Of a DNA stretch of 20,000 nucleotides, positions 1-9,756 are shown one piece after another (within the stretch, counting starts at the first letter, position 1; every line of letters starts with the position of its first letter). The notes under the pieces were generated by a model. It did not search any database. It saw only the letters and a program-made list of their open reading frames with translations, and was not told where the DNA came from. Source of the stretch: Piedraia hortae CBS 480.64 (taxonomy: Eukaryota). Both the position numbers and the translations under genes were made by a program. The stretch covers positions 242,863 through 262,862 of the forward strand of contig MU005977.1 of assembly GCA_010093745.1 (NCBI GenBank), in the 5' to 3' direction.

Positions 1-133
1 CCACTCCAGTCTCGGGACGGAGGTCCATCGAGTAGCCAGGCACGGCCTGGCCTACGGGCGGATGGTGCTGAGGATGATACGAAGGCTGACGGAACAGCGA
101 GGGATGATGTCCCAAGGGCAAGACGGCAGCCAT
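1..133 (-). CDS. Probable 5' end of a gene running off the left edge (MAAVLPLGHHPSLFRQPSYHPQHHPPVGQAVPGYSMDLRPETGV...), function unknown
   Basis: ATG at 133 in CATCATGG context and open to the window edge (44 codons). H/P/Q-rich low-complexity N-terminus. TATAA-like element about 120 nt upstream on the minus strand. Not in the ORF track because it is truncated. Confidence 0.45.
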   Translation of the reverse strand, partial: MAAVLPLGHHPSLFRQPSYHPQHHPPVGQAVPGYSMDLRPETGV

Positions 134-999
134 GATGGATGACGTCCTGCACCAGACAGTCGGTCATACAGCGAGATGTCAGAGAATGGCAGCGCGGCAG
201 GGTCAACCGTAGCGGCAGCACGGCAGCACGGCAGCACAGCAGCAACAGTGAGTTATAATACTGGGAGCATGCATGATATTATACCAAGTAACGCTGCTAC
301 GAGGAGTGCAGGCGGGCTGGAGGGGCCAGCAAGCGAGACGACAATCAAAGGCGTTGTCGCCATTGGCCGGGCTAGGCCGACGGGCGGCGCCTGGCTGTCG
401 GGCAAAGACGCGCCCCCGGTGGTCGGGATCAGAGTGATCGGCCACCCGGGATGTCGGCCCTGCGTTAATCTCCACCCCCAGAGCTCCACCCCCGCCATTG
501 GCGCCTCCACCTTATCTCTTCGGGCAATCCGGTGCTCCTAAGCAATCGATGGCCGCGCCAGCCTCGATGGCCGTAGGTGGCCTTAATGGGATATTCGTGA
601 CTGTCGTACCCCTCAGCAGTCGTATCATACCATCATCTGAGCCCTGTAGCTGCCGCTCGGCACTACTTTGTGCGTGGCCACAGCCATTCGGTTTTTGCAC
701 AGATGCTAGCGTGACGTCTCCCCGGGTCATCCATGCCCCACCAGCGTGGGACAGCCGCCCTGTTGGTGTCTAGATCAAGAAAACCTCCTTGCCGTGCAGT
801 CACGTGGGTCATGTCACTTTACCCCGCGTGGCTCGCGCGTGGGCCTCGCGCCGTGCAAGCGTTGCAAGGGATGCCAGACAATAACGGTAATACACAGGCG
901 ACCGGTAATTCACCCCACAAAACGTCAGTTTGCACAACCCGCGACGCCCAACGGTACTCCCACTCCACATATGCAAGCGTTGCGGATCCACCTGCCACG

Positions 1000-1649
1000 A
1001 TGAGAGAACCGACAGCTGGACCTGCGCCGAGCACGCGATCCCACGACGTACTGGCAGCCGCTCAGATTCGTAGACCTGGCGGTCAGATAAGAGCTACAGG
1101 AGCGTCGACTGCGCCCGTTGTTGGGTTCGGGATGGCGCAGCAGGATGGTGACGCGGGTAGGGATCGCAATAACGAGGCGACAGAGGATCAGGCTGTCCCA
1201 AGACGCCAGTTGAGACCGCGTCGGAACCGAAAACTTCAGGGTTCGCCTGATGGGCGCTTGCGAGCGAGGAACAGTGATGAGCCGGACCTAGTGAACCGAC
1301 ACGCCGACGGTGGATTCCTGTGTCAAATAAATGACTTGCTTGAGGCTTCTTCCGAACAGCAAATGGAACTGATGCAGTTCGAACAAGAGCGCGCTCCTGG
1401 TAATCCTTGCCCTCCCCTTTTACCCTGCGGGCGCCTCGCTAACGTCGCCTAGAGATCCAGGATGACGAAATCATCCACAAAGTCCGCTGCTATTTCGCTT
1501 CTGGCGCAACATCCAAGAGAACCAAGCAGCCAAATGACGACGTCATTGTGCTTATGTATAAGCGTCTCCATGCACAGGCTGTGTCGAAACTCGAAGATGA
1601 GCGTTGGCGATACGAGGCTGCAGACCGCTCTCGCATGCCTTTAATGTAA
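1000..1649 (+). CDS. Two-exon hypothetical protein, about 198 aa (exons 1000-1399, 1453-1649)
   Basis: ATG at 1000 in GCCACGATG context within ORF 733-1452. Intron 1400-1452 (GTAATC...GCTAAC...TAG, 53 nt). Splicing joins to an open frame EIQDDEIIHKVRCYF...LMYKRLHAQAVSKLEDERWRYEAADRSRMPLM* ending at TAA 1647-1649. Start codon choice is uncertain. Confidence 0.7.
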
Positions 1650-2029
1650 TGCTTTGGGGGTATTTTGTATTACAAATAACTGTCCTGATATACTGTCGCG
1701 GTAGGGATTCCGTACATATACCAATTCTTCGGGTCAGGGCCCTGGGCACCCTGGACTCGGGAAATCTTCCCACACAATAATCCCGGCGTCACTGTTGCCT
1801 TGGGGTCATCACCTCATACTGCAACAGTTGCCTATTCTCGGGGGAATTGTTCATGCGAGGCCATGCTCTGATCCAATGGCGCGAAGCAACCAGTCTCCAA
1901 CACTCGAATCTGCCATCAGGAGGCGGTGAGGCACCGTGATTCCGATGATCGACCGCCGTACCTCGGTGCTTCAATGCCGATTAATCTCATTGTTGGCGCG
2001 AGTTGCAGGCAATGTGGCGGGATCCGCGC

Positions 2030-2830
2030 CCGGGGAACATTCTATGCAGCTCCCCATTCACAAACACTTCCGGATACGTGTGCCCTCACGGAGCTGGCGT
2101 ATTTGGGTAGTGGTCTTAAGCTCTGTCTTGCTCAAATAGAAAGCTGCAACTTCGCTTGCGGCAGTGATGTATTTAATCTATCTAGCCGTGGTGGTACATG
2201 CAATTAAAATGGAACAGGGCAGGGTCTGCACTATCCCCATCCATCTCTATCCGGGAACTCCAGACTTCTGCTGTTGTTGGCAACTGTACTTTGGGGACAC
2301 TTGTCTGACTACTACCAGCAATTTGCCATAACTGTAAATGTTTTGGAAGCAGTTAGGGCCTAAAGGAAGGCATCATACATATAAGGCAGGAGGATGAAAG
2401 TAAGCATGGGCAGCTCAGCATGTCGCTGATAGCACACAGCTTACTTGCTGCAATACCTCCAACGGATGCTCCAGCTCGCAGTAATTGTTGAGCATCGTTG
2501 GTGAAGAGGACATCCAGGGGTAACAAAACGTGGTCTACGTGGTGTGAATGCACCGGCAAAAGGGAAACATGAACAGTTTATTGGTGATGCAAGAAGCATG
2601 GATCTTTCCAGTTGGTTTTGCAATGTTCTCGCGATAAGCCGCTCCAGATCCTGACATGGCTGACCGGGAGTCTGGAGAGTGTACGGCTCCTTTAACACGT
2701 TTTCGAGATTGGCCTAGGGTCATGCGTTCATTACCTTATTGGTACTACACGACGAGAACTTGCCAGCATGTACGTCCCACACAGCTAGATTCATTGAACT
2801 GACATTTTGTCTGATCAAGCATAGCATATG
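2030..2830 (-). mobile_element. Degenerate non-LTR retrotransposon (LINE) reverse-transcriptase relic
   Basis: Motifs in the correct order across frameshifts and stops: VVPI..RPIS (2715-2704), LERLIARTLQNQLERSMLL, LFTNDAQQLLRAGASVGGI, GVP..PALF (2261-2212), FYLSKTEL (~2129-2118). These resemble LINE RT RPIsLL / lErii / GVPQGS.lsP.LF / KTe motifs. Boundaries approximate. Confidence 0.65.
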
Positions 2831-3329
2831 TCTGTCTTCGCCCATGGGGTGCGGTACATGCGTGTAGGACCACGTGGTCTTATAGATAGAATGGTCTGCA
2901 CATGGTGACATCGGTGACACAGCCTGTCAACCTTTGATTCCGCACCGGCGACTGTCGGAAACGACCTGTCGTTTGCCATATTTTAGATTAGTGTACCACC
3001 GGGCGACCATGCAAGAAGTCGCGGGCTCGAATTCTCGTTCATTCCCGTCTCATGAGACCATCTCGCAAGGGCTTGGACAAGACTGCAATAAGATGCATCG
3101 GCGACGCCATTAGATTAGAAGCAATAATCTTCAAATTGATTGGGGTGGAATCATCTTCAGTTGTTGCGTATTGAAAGGGGACCGGTACCACGTGGCTGAT
3201 TACAATGTGGTATAGTGGTCAAATGATATTTGCATGATTCAAGGGTAATGTGAAAGCCGTTATCATCCTAGTTTCTCGATATTCCTCGTAAAACTTCTTG
3301 AAAACAGTAAGCTGTGATCCTTGTTCTCT

Positions 3330-3720
3330 CGATCCATGTTCAAACTTCTAGTAACACAAAGCCAAACATGTGGACCACCTGTGGACCATTCAGGACTCGG
3401 CTACATTATGGGTGAACCAAACTTGTACCGGACCAATGTAGTCTTTGTGCTTGTTCTCAACAATAAACAAAGGCAACAGCAGCGTTCCAGGGCACCTCAG
3501 TCAGCGCCTCAGCAGGGTTCAACGTATGAATCAGATTTTCCAAAGCCAACTGAGAACGAAGGAACTTAAAACGCGTTCCAACATTACCATCCCTTACCAA
3601 CCTTCATCCACAGCGCATTATATCCAAGAGTGCTGTCAAACATGCACGAAGAAAAGTCTGGACGCAAAAGCACAACCTCTCTCTTTACCAAAAACAAAAC
3701 CAACTGATCATATTCCCCCG
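3330..3720 (+). mobile_element. Degenerate Ty1/copia integrase core relic
   Basis: TCGPPVDHSGLGYIM...YRTNVVFVLVLNNK, then GSTYESDF...EG, then in a shifted frame TIPYQPSS...LPK. This follows the copia integrase order D.CGP..g..Y / GgeY.s.f / t.PytP..NG / LPk. Catalytic residues are eroded. Confidence 0.5.
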
Positions 3721-3860
3721 TAACCCGTCAACCCGGACCCAACGAGTCAGAATCAATTAACCCCCTTTGCAGCTCCTCCAGTCCCAGCATGTTCATTCTG
3801 TTGTACTCCCTGGCAGCCCTCTCAGCATAAGCCTCTTTGTACAGCAACAGCGCGTAGGTC

Positions 3861-4205
3861 CTAAAGCTCCACAGACACACCTTGCGGACCAAGAGTGGGC
3901 TTTTTTCTATCCCTTTTTTGCATGTTCTCATATAGGTCCCTCCCCCTCCATGGAAGATCTTTCCAGATCTTCATGATTGCGTGTCTCGTCTGTGCGCGGC
4001 CTGGCAACGCGTAATCCCTGTCCAACTCTAGATCCAGTCCGTGGCGGTTCATGAGCTCTTCTCGCACCTGTTCTCGCAGGACTGCTGTCATGACATCAAT
4101 GGATTTTTGCGGTGACTTGAACGTTGTGTGTGCGATGCATTTGCAGTTAATCTCCGCGGTTGCGAGATCCTGTGGCATCGTCGGATTGATCCGGGAGTAA
4201 GCCAT
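3861..4205 (-). pseudogene. Possible HMG-box-like coding fragment (gene or pseudogene piece)
   Basis: KSPQKSIDVMTAVLREQVREE...IMKIWKDLPWRGRDLYENMQKRDR resembles HMG-box helix 1 and helix 3 (Wk.L...r..Y). No clean gene model could be built, and the flanking ORFs are in other frames. Confidence 0.25.
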
Positions 4206-5179
4206 CTTTATTAATGGTTCGATTTATACCGCGGTCTTGTTTGATATCTGCTTGAGGGGTTCGAGGCGGGTTGGCTCGTTGGCATGCTATTCGAAATAAA
4301 GGCTCGAGTCGGGATAAAGAACATGGTTTCCTATTAGTCGGAGTCGGAAGGAAGGGAAGTGATTGCTTTGCAAGCTTTGAACATGTCATATCAACGTCTC
4401 GTCTCATGAAACTATTGAAACTGCGGTTCATAAACATGAGAATGTGCTTTCCATTGCATGGTGATGTAGGATTTGATGCACCCGCTGAAATTGCACGCCC
4501 ATTGCGCGCCCTGAACCTATGGCCCATTATACGTTCGGCTGCTCGAACCTGAGTGATAGGTAAAAAGTGGCTGGGCGACAAGTCGACATGCATGTCGTAA
4601 GGCAAAGCCGCATCGGACGCGGAACTTTGCACAAAGAACATGCATGCCGCATGTCTTTGTGTTCGTCAAACGAATTTTGATGCCTTCCACGCAGCTCAAC
4701 TTGGGCGTGCAATTCAAGAGGCGCTCGCCATCGGGCTATAAACTGCTCATGATGCAACTCTGCATGCTGTGGTGCAAACCGCTCTCCAGTTGAAAGGCAA
4801 AGTCCGGCGCAAAGTGCCGCAAATCACCATCTGAGGTCCTTGACTCACACACATGACAGTGAACTTGATACTCCTGTATCCGGGCCAGCCAAGGCAGGGT
4901 AAGGTTCCAGGAGAGAGAAATCATGTTCGGTAACGCCGCCCACGCATCAAATGAGACATGAAGCCACCAATTAGCTCCTCCTCACGTGAGGCATACAAAA
5001 GCCAACAACCACATCTATAATATAAGCTTTCGTTACCAGGAAGTATCACACACCCATCGAAAAGAACTAAGCAATTGTTGGCAACATCTCTAAATCCTAC
5101 AGATATGGGTCGAACCTCCTCAATCCTACCACACTGTCGTTTTCCCACACAGTGCAGCCACGTAAGCACACCACATTAC

Positions 5180-5880
5180 AGTTGGCAGGACTTTCCTCCC
5201 TTGCACTCGCGCTTGCAAATTATACTCTCCAGTGATGAAGCTTCATCAGAAAAGGAGCCTTTGTAGCGGCATTATCAAACACTTATAACCTGAACACATA
5301 TAAGAATACGAACTTCTTTTGGTCTTCCATTCCAATCGTTAAACCATCTATTGCCTGAAAATTGTACTATTCCTAGAACAATCAAGAACGAAGGACTGAA
5401 CGGAACACAAGGACGGCCTCATCTAGCGAAGAACAGACTGTTACCTAGCTTCGCGATTACGGCCAATAATTTCCGGGCCACTCAATCATGATTGAGTGCA
5501 ATTGAAACTTTTCATCAAGGTTTTCGGCTTCGAATAGGAAAATTCGCTACGCCTTATAGAGAGCGCTTGGTAAGTGCCGGCGCTACACGAGAGTACTGGT
5601 GAGCTTGCCTACAAACTGCACCCTTCCCCCCAAGGCAAGTAGTCACAACCACTTTCTAAGAGTGGAAATCCTTCACGTACAGCATCGCTACTAACCCTTT
5701 AAACCCTTATCAAGCCGCAAGTATAGCGGAAGAAACAAACTCAAACTGTATCATAACTCGTTCTTGGGAACAATTTTTCTTGCCTGGAGCACTAATTAAT
5801 ACCTTATAAGTTGAAGAGCCTTCTCGCTGTTTGGACACCGGGTACAAATGCGGCTACACCAACCTTACGTAAATTCAACC
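5180..5880 (+). mobile_element. Degenerate Ty3/gypsy (chromovirus-like) integrase C-terminus and chromodomain relic
   Basis: GELAYKLHP (5598-5624) followed by HNHF resembles g.lAYkL.LP...H.vF. YLIS*RAF (from 5800) then DT...NL resembles the chromodomain YLikWkgf...dTWe..nL. Shares the 14-mer ACCATCTATTGCCT (5343-5356) with the gypsy relic at 8350-8363. Confidence 0.5.
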
Positions 5881-6209
5881 GCATAAGGGTCAATCAGAAG
5901 ATAGCCTCTTGGACGCGGGGCAACTGAGCGTGGCCTATCATTTGGTTGAACTTGTATATGACTCAGCAAGCTAAGTTCGCTTCTTCCTTTTGGTCCTTTC
6001 AAAGCCGATGGACGGCTTCATGGGCTCAAAGGTTCCGCACAAAGCTCCATAGGAGGTTTGACTCACTTATACTGTAGGTAATTCCATTGAGATGGAGATT
6101 CTTGTAATTTTTGAGATGTGGATGCCTGTGAAAGTACATGGAAGGTAGAGGGAATGATTGGGGTTGTTTTGAGCAATATCTGGTTGGGTGTTGAGGGCTG
6201 GAGGGGATG

Positions 6210-6500
6210 GCAGGAGGTGACGATATTCTGGGCGACGAATCCTTGAATTTGGTTGATTCTGTTATCTTCAGAGAGAGGCATTTACCTTGAAAATCCCGAT
6301 GTTTTAGTAAATTTGAACCCATTGCTCGAGGAAACCGAGCTGAAAGCCTGATTCATTCCCCGAGAATTGAACATTCTACTGGACACATCAAAAACTTTGT
6401 TACACGGATGGAATTCCTGGAATGCAAGGCAAAACAGCTGAGAGATGACACTACCCAGTGTGTCGAATACCAATTTGTAAAGAGATGGAAAGGTATGTAA
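6210..6500 (+). mobile_element. Possible second gypsy pol 3'-end/chromodomain relic
   Basis: GDDIL...HLP*KSRCFSKF...VEYQFVKRWKGM loosely fits GD.Vl / LP..sri..F / eYlvKWkG. The match is weak. Confidence 0.3.
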
Positions 6501-6651
6501 CAAAATATGCTTATTCATTTTATCCTACAGCGTGTTCCAACTCATAACTCAAAGCCAGTATAACGCAATGCCGTGCTTCCTTTCCACCATGTGAAACCTA
6601 ACAGAAAACCTCCTGCCCCCAAGATTTCCTCCTCTCTGACCAATAGGAAGT

Positions 6652-7095
6652 TTAGCCGGAGAAGCATTCCGTCCGTCCGCTCTTGTCTCCCATCACAATG
6701 CAGGTAGCTCGCTCCGACGAATTCTCGCGCGCCCCTTTCTTTGAGGAAGAAGGCTTGAGTTTGACGCGAGGATCCGAAGGGGGGTTCCTGAGGTGATAGT
6801 TTGTCATAAGCTTGACTGCGCAAGGAAAAGAATCCGGCTGCCAGATGACGGCGAAATGCTCGTTGTTTCCTGACAATTTACGTTTTACCATGCCATTGCT
6901 ATAGTAAAAGTGCTTTAGAACCTTGGCTGCCGCGTCCTCGCCACCCATGCAGTTGTGCACATTGGCTGTCTTCCTGCAGTCGGGACAGGTCTGCATGTGC
7001 TCTTCGAAGCGATGGAGATAGAACTTCTCGTTCTCTGTAGGTGGAGAGGTGTGGGCGGTGGTAGATGCTCTGAATTGCTGCTGGTGACGTGTCAT
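6652..7095 (-). CDS. Small intronless hypothetical protein (147 aa) with H-x3-C-x2-C-x8-C putative Zn-binding motif
   Basis: Intact ORF amid decayed DNA, ATG in ACATCATG context, C/A-rich leader, TATAAG about 60 nt upstream. SPPTENE..F..H...C..C........C.GG..AA..V..HFYY.NG resembles, from memory, an uncharacterised Pezizomycotina family. Confidence 0.7.
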   Translation of the reverse strand: MTRHQQQFRASTTAHTSPPTENEKFYLHRFEEHMQTCPDCRKTANVHNCMGGEDAAAKVLKHFYYSNGMVKRKLSGNNEHFAVIWQPDSFPCAVKLMTNYHLRNPPSDPRVKLKPSSSKKGARENSSERATCIVMGDKSGRTECFSG

Positions 7096-7152
7096 GATGT
7101 CTTGGCTTGAAGCTTTGAGTGCTGTTAGGTGTCTTGAAGACGGACAGAAACT

Positions 7153-7240
7153 CTTATACAGCCTCAGAAGCAGAGGAGCTTAGCACTGTGACAATTGATG
7201 AATACTCATCGTCACCGCCACCTAGTTACCATGTGACTCA
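7153..7240 (-). promoter_or_regulatory. Putative promoter of the 147-aa gene: TATA-like box plus Gcn4/CpcA/AP-1 site
   Basis: TATAAG on the minus strand at 7158-7153. TGACTCA (GTGACTCAT) at 7234-7240. Confidence 0.4.
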
Positions 7241-7519
7241 TTTAGTGAAGATGAATGCATTGCCAAGGTGATTATCTTCGCCAGTCACAGCTTGCGGATT
7301 GCCATCCTTCACACTGTTCGTGCAACGTTCATGTCCAACTGAACCCAAAGCCAAACTCGTCTGACCGTGGGTAATGTCATTGCGACAAAAACATAAGCTT
7401 GGTTCGAGCCACAAATGCTGGAGACAGTGATCTGCCGACCTGTCGGTCCGGAAACGCTAACAAGGATTGGACTCCTCCCTCCGAATGATGCAATGCAATT
7501 GCCCAGCGGTGGACAGTCA

Positions 7520-8820
7520 GCCGTATGTCGTCACAATCCGAGTTTTACGATGATGCCCACAGCCCCTGCGGCTGTTGTTCGAGCTAACTCAAGATCGTAG
7601 TCGTTGCTGGCAGCAACAGCATTGCTTTCGTTGACATCTTTATCTTAGCCCTGTGATTTGTCCAGCGCCAGCTTATGATGCTGTTCATTCCATCGTGTCA
7701 TCATGACTACCTTCTACACTTGTGCAGCACCAGCTCAGGATGACTCCTGATAAACTCAGCAAGGATCGAGCATCTGCTCTATGAGAGAGGTCGCGCGCGG
7801 ACTATTGAATGACAAGGAGGTCTCCGCGATGTACATGTGAAAGGGATGTCCTCAGAGCTATGATATGAGTTCGGTGGAAGAAGCTTGGACCCTTACCTTT
7901 TGTGTAATGAATGTCGAAGCGTGGGAACGTGCGAGCCACGCAACGGGAAAAGAACTCCCTCACACCTCCAGTATTCAATCAGATTCCAGGACAAACCAGA
8001 TCACAAGCCAAGAGAGTATAGCTTCCCCATCAGGCCCAAGTCCTTTTACTACCAGTAATTTCTGTCAGAATGATGCGGCACCTACCATGACCAGAAATGT
8101 AGATAGACGTCGAAACTTCTCAGAGTTTTTACCTCTATAGAGTAAGTTTTCCCTGAGATAGGTCTTTGTCTCATTCATGCTAAAGGGCATGGTTCGCTAA
8201 CGTTATGGACATCTACATTCACTTTTTCGGTCAAAGTTGAGTGAAAACATTTGTCGTCGATATCCGCTTCTCTTTAGTCCACGAGGTTCACCCCTCCGAC
8301 AATTTCCTCAGTCCCATTTCTAGCTGACTCTGTATGCCGGAATAAAGTCACCATCTATTGCCTCGAATTGCACACGTATACAGGTGAATCAAGAGAGAGC
8401 TACGACTACATTGTGGATACAACCCTCGATCCATCCCCATCTATCAGAATGCCTGTTGTGGAACCTCCGCAGGACTACCCGATGCGCCATATGGTACATC
8501 TTGCAAAAACTTTTGGCCTGTCACACAAAGACGTCTTTGACTGTCAGAACTCGCCTCACCCGGCTGAGAAGATGTGATGCTAGATAAGGTAGCTCAAATA
8601 CGGTGTTGCGTTTTTCTCACTGAATCTCCTAATATAACATCGCCAATGAGCTCCACCAAAAACATACACTGCATATTTACCATTGGAACGGATAAAATGT
8701 ACTTCAATGCACTGTATACTGCTAACTACCCTACCAAGATCTTCCCAAATGGTGCACAATACCTCGTAGCAAAACGTGGGGCCATATAGGATCATGACTG
8801 ACAAGACGTCGAAGTTAAAA
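7520..8820 (+). mobile_element. Degenerate Ty3/gypsy integrase relic, interrupted by a solo LTR
   Basis: Ordered motifs AYDAV (7671-7685), DKLSK (7749-7763), GCPQS, W...TGKELPHTSS.QSDSRT, [LTR 8063-8301], GYNPR (8415-8429), FTIGTDKMYF, LVAKR-GPYRI (8779-8793). These match the gypsy integrase core and GPY/F module. Many frameshifts and stops. Confidence 0.65.
8063..8301. mobile_element. Solo LTR, copy 1 (239 bp, internally deleted relative to copy 2)
   Basis: Ends TGTCAGA...TCCGACA (TG...CA, imperfect inverted termini). Flanked by the 5-bp TSD ATTTC (8058-8062, 8302-8306). Roughly 85% identical by eye to 19229-19534. Confidence 0.88.
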
Positions 8821-9756
8821 TTGTTTCTTTGTTACATTTCAAATTGCAGTAAAATAAGCACGCCGGGAACAGATAAGGCAAAAGAGGAGCTCATGCAACC
8901 ATAAATTAGAAAGGTATTGGCTTTATTTCTAGCAATATAGTCCCTTGCTGCGTTTTTGTTTAAAGGTTTGCCGAGCCTGGGATTTGGCTGTAGGGATAGA
9001 ATCACTGTCCCAATTTCTTTCGCCCAAGTATGCTAATTTGATGCCGAGCCGCTACATCAATCCCACACTTGAGCATTCCAAAACTTTTACACCAAAGTTG
9101 TTAAACCGCACAGAGAGTTTAACGGCTAAAAACGATATAGTTCAACCCTCCCTCGACATCCACAATTTCAATGCAAACGAAGTACTTTCGGGCAAAGTGC
9201 TAAAATATATCCCCTGATTGTGGTCCCCTTCCTTTCAAAACGAACGTATACAGTATGTACGCACCGGTTTTTCCACTGTTCAAAAATAAACTAGTCGTCA
9301 AGGATAAGTATGGGTTAATCGCATGTGCATGAACGGTTTGTATGTCTAGGCATCCGCAGCGAGTCGGTAGGAACGTTTACACCCGGGTAGGATTATAACC
9401 ATGACGCAATTTTGGAGTGAGTTGGATACAAAGGCGAGGCCTTCCAGGAGGTATACTATGAGGTGATTCGTGATGGTTTTCCATGTTATTATCAGTCGGT
9501 GAGCGATGTTGGAGAAGTGAATGGATGTTTATTAGAATAGTTTGGGCAACGTGTACCTACCCATTGCCTCTCCCGCCAACCCGCTGAAAACGAACTCTAC
9601 GAGGAAAAGTAGCGCAAAAACAAGCGACCGCCATTGAACACCGTATCATGATACATTACTCGAAAGAGCGCAGCAGCACCTTGACGACGAAACAAATTCT
9701 TTGCCACCGGCGAAAGAAACAAAAAGAAGGGAAAAAAGGGCAAGGAGAGAATGCTC

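Noticed and set aside
176..1034. Short ORFs in the GC-rich divergent promoter region and the CGGCAGCA repeat near 213-243
   Set aside because: Expected in GC-rich intergenic DNA. The repeat is a short simple tandem, not a CRISPR or structured array.
8100..8160. U3 snoRNA-like 5' sequence in the repeat
   Set aside because: Only superficial similarity and no recognisable C/D boxes. TG...CA ends and TSDs explain the repeat as an LTR.
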